Source of the DNA: Chiloscyllium plagiosum
Lineage: Eukaryota
Direction of reading: 5' to 3'
Assembly (NCBI RefSeq): GCF_004010195.1
Contig: NC_057728.1
Coordinates: forward strand, 46,466,645 to 46,530,644
Length of the DNA stretch: 64,000 nucleotides
Shown: piece by piece, positions 61,171 through 64,000 of the stretch
Position numbering within the stretch: the stretch's first letter is position 1
Layout of the letters: every line of letters begins with the position of its first letter
Program-made: the position numbers and the translations under genes
Notes under the pieces: generated by a model
What the model was told of the DNA's origin: nothing
Databases searched by the model: none
The model's input: only the letters and a program-made list of their open reading frames with translations

Positions 61171-62284
61171 GTCTGCAGTGTGTGAAATTTAAGTGTTACT
61201 GAGACTTCTTTTTAAATAAAATAGACCAAGATAAAAGGTTAAAGAAATTGTGAGTCTGCTCACTTCAGGCTTGGGGTTGAATCTGGCTGAAATCATTAAG
61301 TAGACTAGTGATTCTCTGTAAAATAACTGGGGTGAACCACTTTATCAGCACAGACAAGAGTCAGGTGAAATATGCATACTGTTCACCAGGCCATTTATGA
61401 AAATGAAACTGGATGTAGAACACGACAAGGCACATGTTTTTGGGAAGTCAATACATTGACAGTTTACAGAATCCAGACATTACTGTATTGCTTTAACCAG
61501 ACCTATCTCTAATCAGAATATGAAGCAGGTGTTGTTGACATCAGTGGATAGGCATTTAAAGGAAAGAAAAGCTTATTATCTTGAAACTGAGTTGGCAGTT
61601 TGCCCATCCATCTTGACACATGTTAAAATTCCTACCAAAGGATGCAGGGGTAATGAATGACAAATGTGCTAAACCTTTTTGGAGGGAACTGTGATGAATG
61701 CGATATATGTTGGAAAAAAAAGGAAGGACAGCATGAGGGCCCAGTGTGTCTCCTATCAAATGGCTAAAAGCAATCGACTTGAAGACATTGGAGAATTGAA
61801 AAAGAAATGAGCAAAAGCAGACAACCTAAAGGAGAAATGGATATGGACCCCCAGACTGGAAGCACCAGCTAAATTCCTAACTAACAATGGTTGAATTTGC
61901 CAGTAATGAGCTCAGCAGCAGGGAAAAAGAAGACCCTTTGGTAATGGACTGCATGAAATAAATCACATAGCAAAAGATAAGATTTTTCATAAAATCCTAG
62001 TCAACCAATAAGTTGTGCTTTAGCATATATTCTGGTATTCACAATCCATGCAATGAACTCACAGCAAATAGTTAGGGGCTACTGTCCAAAACAAATATTC
62101 CTTTGGTAATGAGTGATCATCCTGCTGCTGGGAAGGAACTACAATTAATTGCATATTTCTGAGCATTTGTATGCCCTGCATGCAGGGAGAAGGGCATTCA
62201 TTAAGGCTGAGAGAAAACTTGGCAAGTCTAATGGCATCATATAAGGACATCAATAATACATTTTCATCCAGGGAACGTGATATA

Positions 62285-62618
62285 TTTCATGGTTTGATTA
62301 GGAAGTGTCAGGTTGAATTTCTCAAGGGGAAATCATATTTAACTAACTTGCTGTTTTTTTCTTGAAGAGGTAACAGAAAGGCTTGGTTGGAATAATGCTG
62401 CTGATGTGATATGCATGGATTTACCGAAGGTGTTTGACACTATGCCACACAATAGGCCTGTGAGGAAATGGTAGATCATGGTATAAAAGGAACAGTCACA
62501 ACATAGATACAAAATTGAGCAAGTGATAAGAAAAAGACAGTAATAATCAATGGATATCTTTTGGGCTGATGGAATGTTTGTAATGGAGTTCCCAGGGGGC
62601 GCTATTAGAACCCTTGCT
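62285..62618 (+). mobile_element. Old CR1 RT fragment
   Basis: FLKGKSYLTNL, DVICMDLPKVFDTMPH, NGVPRG. Confidence 0.7.
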
Positions 62619-62619
62619 T

Positions 62620-63006
62620 TTTTAATTCACTCTTGGGACATGGGCATCACTGGCAGGCTAGCATTTATTGCCTGTCCCTAGCTGTCCTTAGGTTGAGTGG
62701 CTTGCTAGGTTATTTCAGAGGACACTTGAGAGTCAACCACATTGCTATTGGTCTGGAGTCACATGTAGGCCAGACCAGGTGAGGATGGCAGATTTCCTTC
62801 CCTTCATTAGTGAACCAGATGGGTTTTCCTGACAAATGATAATGGTTTCATGGTCATCAGTAACTTCTAAATTCCAGATTTTTTTTATAGTGTTCAAATT
62901 CTATGATTTGCTGTGGTGGGATTCAAACCCTAGTCCCCAGGACATCAGCTGAGTTTCTGGGATAACAGAAACTATTGATAAACTAGCACTAGGCCATTGC
63001 CTCCCC
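62620..63006 (-). mobile_element. SINE family B, full length
   Basis: Minus-strand head GGGGAGGCAATGGCCTAGTG, B-box GGTTTGAATCC, LINE-B tail. Confidence 0.88.
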
Positions 63007-63299
63007 TCACTAGATGAGTGCATAGTATAGACCCATTGATCAGCATATATGGAAACAGTACAATTAATTGGATTCACAAATTATCGAGCAAACCTATTGC
63101 CTAATTTGACATCAGAGTGTGAGTATCTCTGTAAGCTCACTGCAAAGGATGGGGAGCTATTTTGGAGTTTGGAACTTCCACACAAAGCAGCTTCTATTCA
63201 AACCAAAAAAAAACTAACAGAATGCTCAATACACACTGGAAACTGTCAACACAAACGATACAGAATCTGAAAGATAAAGGTCTTGCTCTGATCAAGCAC

Positions 63300-64000
63300 T
63301 CACACCTTCTGGTCAATGATAACCCCCAGGACATTGATAATGAGGTATTCAGTGATGGACAGTCCATTGAATGTCCAGGGTGATTTTTAGATTCTATCTT
63401 GCTTATTTCCTGGGTATTCACATGGTTTAAATGTTAGTTGCCACTTGTAAGCCCAAGCTGAGATGTTGCACAGATCTTGCTACACATGGGCATGAACTGC
63501 ACTAGTATCTGAGAAGTCGCAAATGATTTTAACAGTTGTGCTATTATCAACGAACATCTCTTCGGAGCTAATAGTGGAGTGAAAGGTTATTGATGAAACA
63601 CTGAAGATGTTTGGAGTTAGGACAATACTGGAGGAACTCTTGTAGTGATGTGCTGGGTCTAAGAGGGTTGACCTCCAACAACTACTACCATCTTTGCGTG
63701 TGCTAATTATGACTACAACCAGTGGAGAGTTTCTGCCTTGATTCCCATTGACTCCAGTTTTGCTCAGGTTCCTTGATGTTACACTCAATCAAATGCTTTC
63801 ATGATGTCAAGGGTAGTCACTTTCAGCTCACCTCTGGGGATTAGACTTGTTGGAACCAAGTGGCCCTGTCAAAGCCCAAACAGGGTCAGTAAATAGGTTA
63901 CTACTTTGCACTTGCTGCTTTGTAACACTGTTCGTGACCCCTTCCACCATTTTACTGATGATTGAGCATAGACTGATAGGGTGATTATTAGCCAGATTGG
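63300..64000 (-). mobile_element. LINE family B RT fragment (runs off the window)
   Basis: Antisense-similar to 16725-17380 and 53670-54190 (TTCTGGTCAATGATAACCCCCAGGAC, ACCTCCAACAACTACTACCATC). Confidence 0.8.

Noticed and set aside
1..64000. CRISPR arrays, operons or other prokaryotic systems
   Set aside because: No regularly spaced repeat-spacer array and no gene-dense coding; the content is vertebrate retroelement-rich DNA.

Overview
AT-rich, repeat-dense vertebrate non-coding DNA, most likely intronic or intergenic sequence from a shark. The inference rests on HE1-type SINEs and their partner CR1/HER1-type LINE. No intact protein-coding gene is recognisable, and the ORF-track entries that can be assigned are decayed retroelement frames. 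The window holds many CR1 LINE fragments, including a near full-length decayed copy at ~47.3-52.7 kb with ORF1 (zinc finger + SGNH esterase) and ORF2 (APE + RT). It also holds a second CR1/L2-group LINE family, four tRNA-SINE families, Tc1/mariner-type MITEs, a Harbinger remnant and Penelope-like element (PLE) pieces. The most striking signal is a set of ~200-250 bp fold-back PLE mini-elements from several families, most with 10-16 bp target-site duplications (TSDs). Each turns back on itself at a minimal hammerhead-ribozyme core (CUGANGA-stem II-GAAA), so cores face out on both strands. Other notable structures are a perfect 70-bp inverted templated insertion, 198-bp and 47-bp tandem duplications, a four-level nested insertion and a few candidate exons of an unidentified host gene. 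Family names come from my recognition of the sequences, not from database searches. Boundaries of old repeats are approximate.
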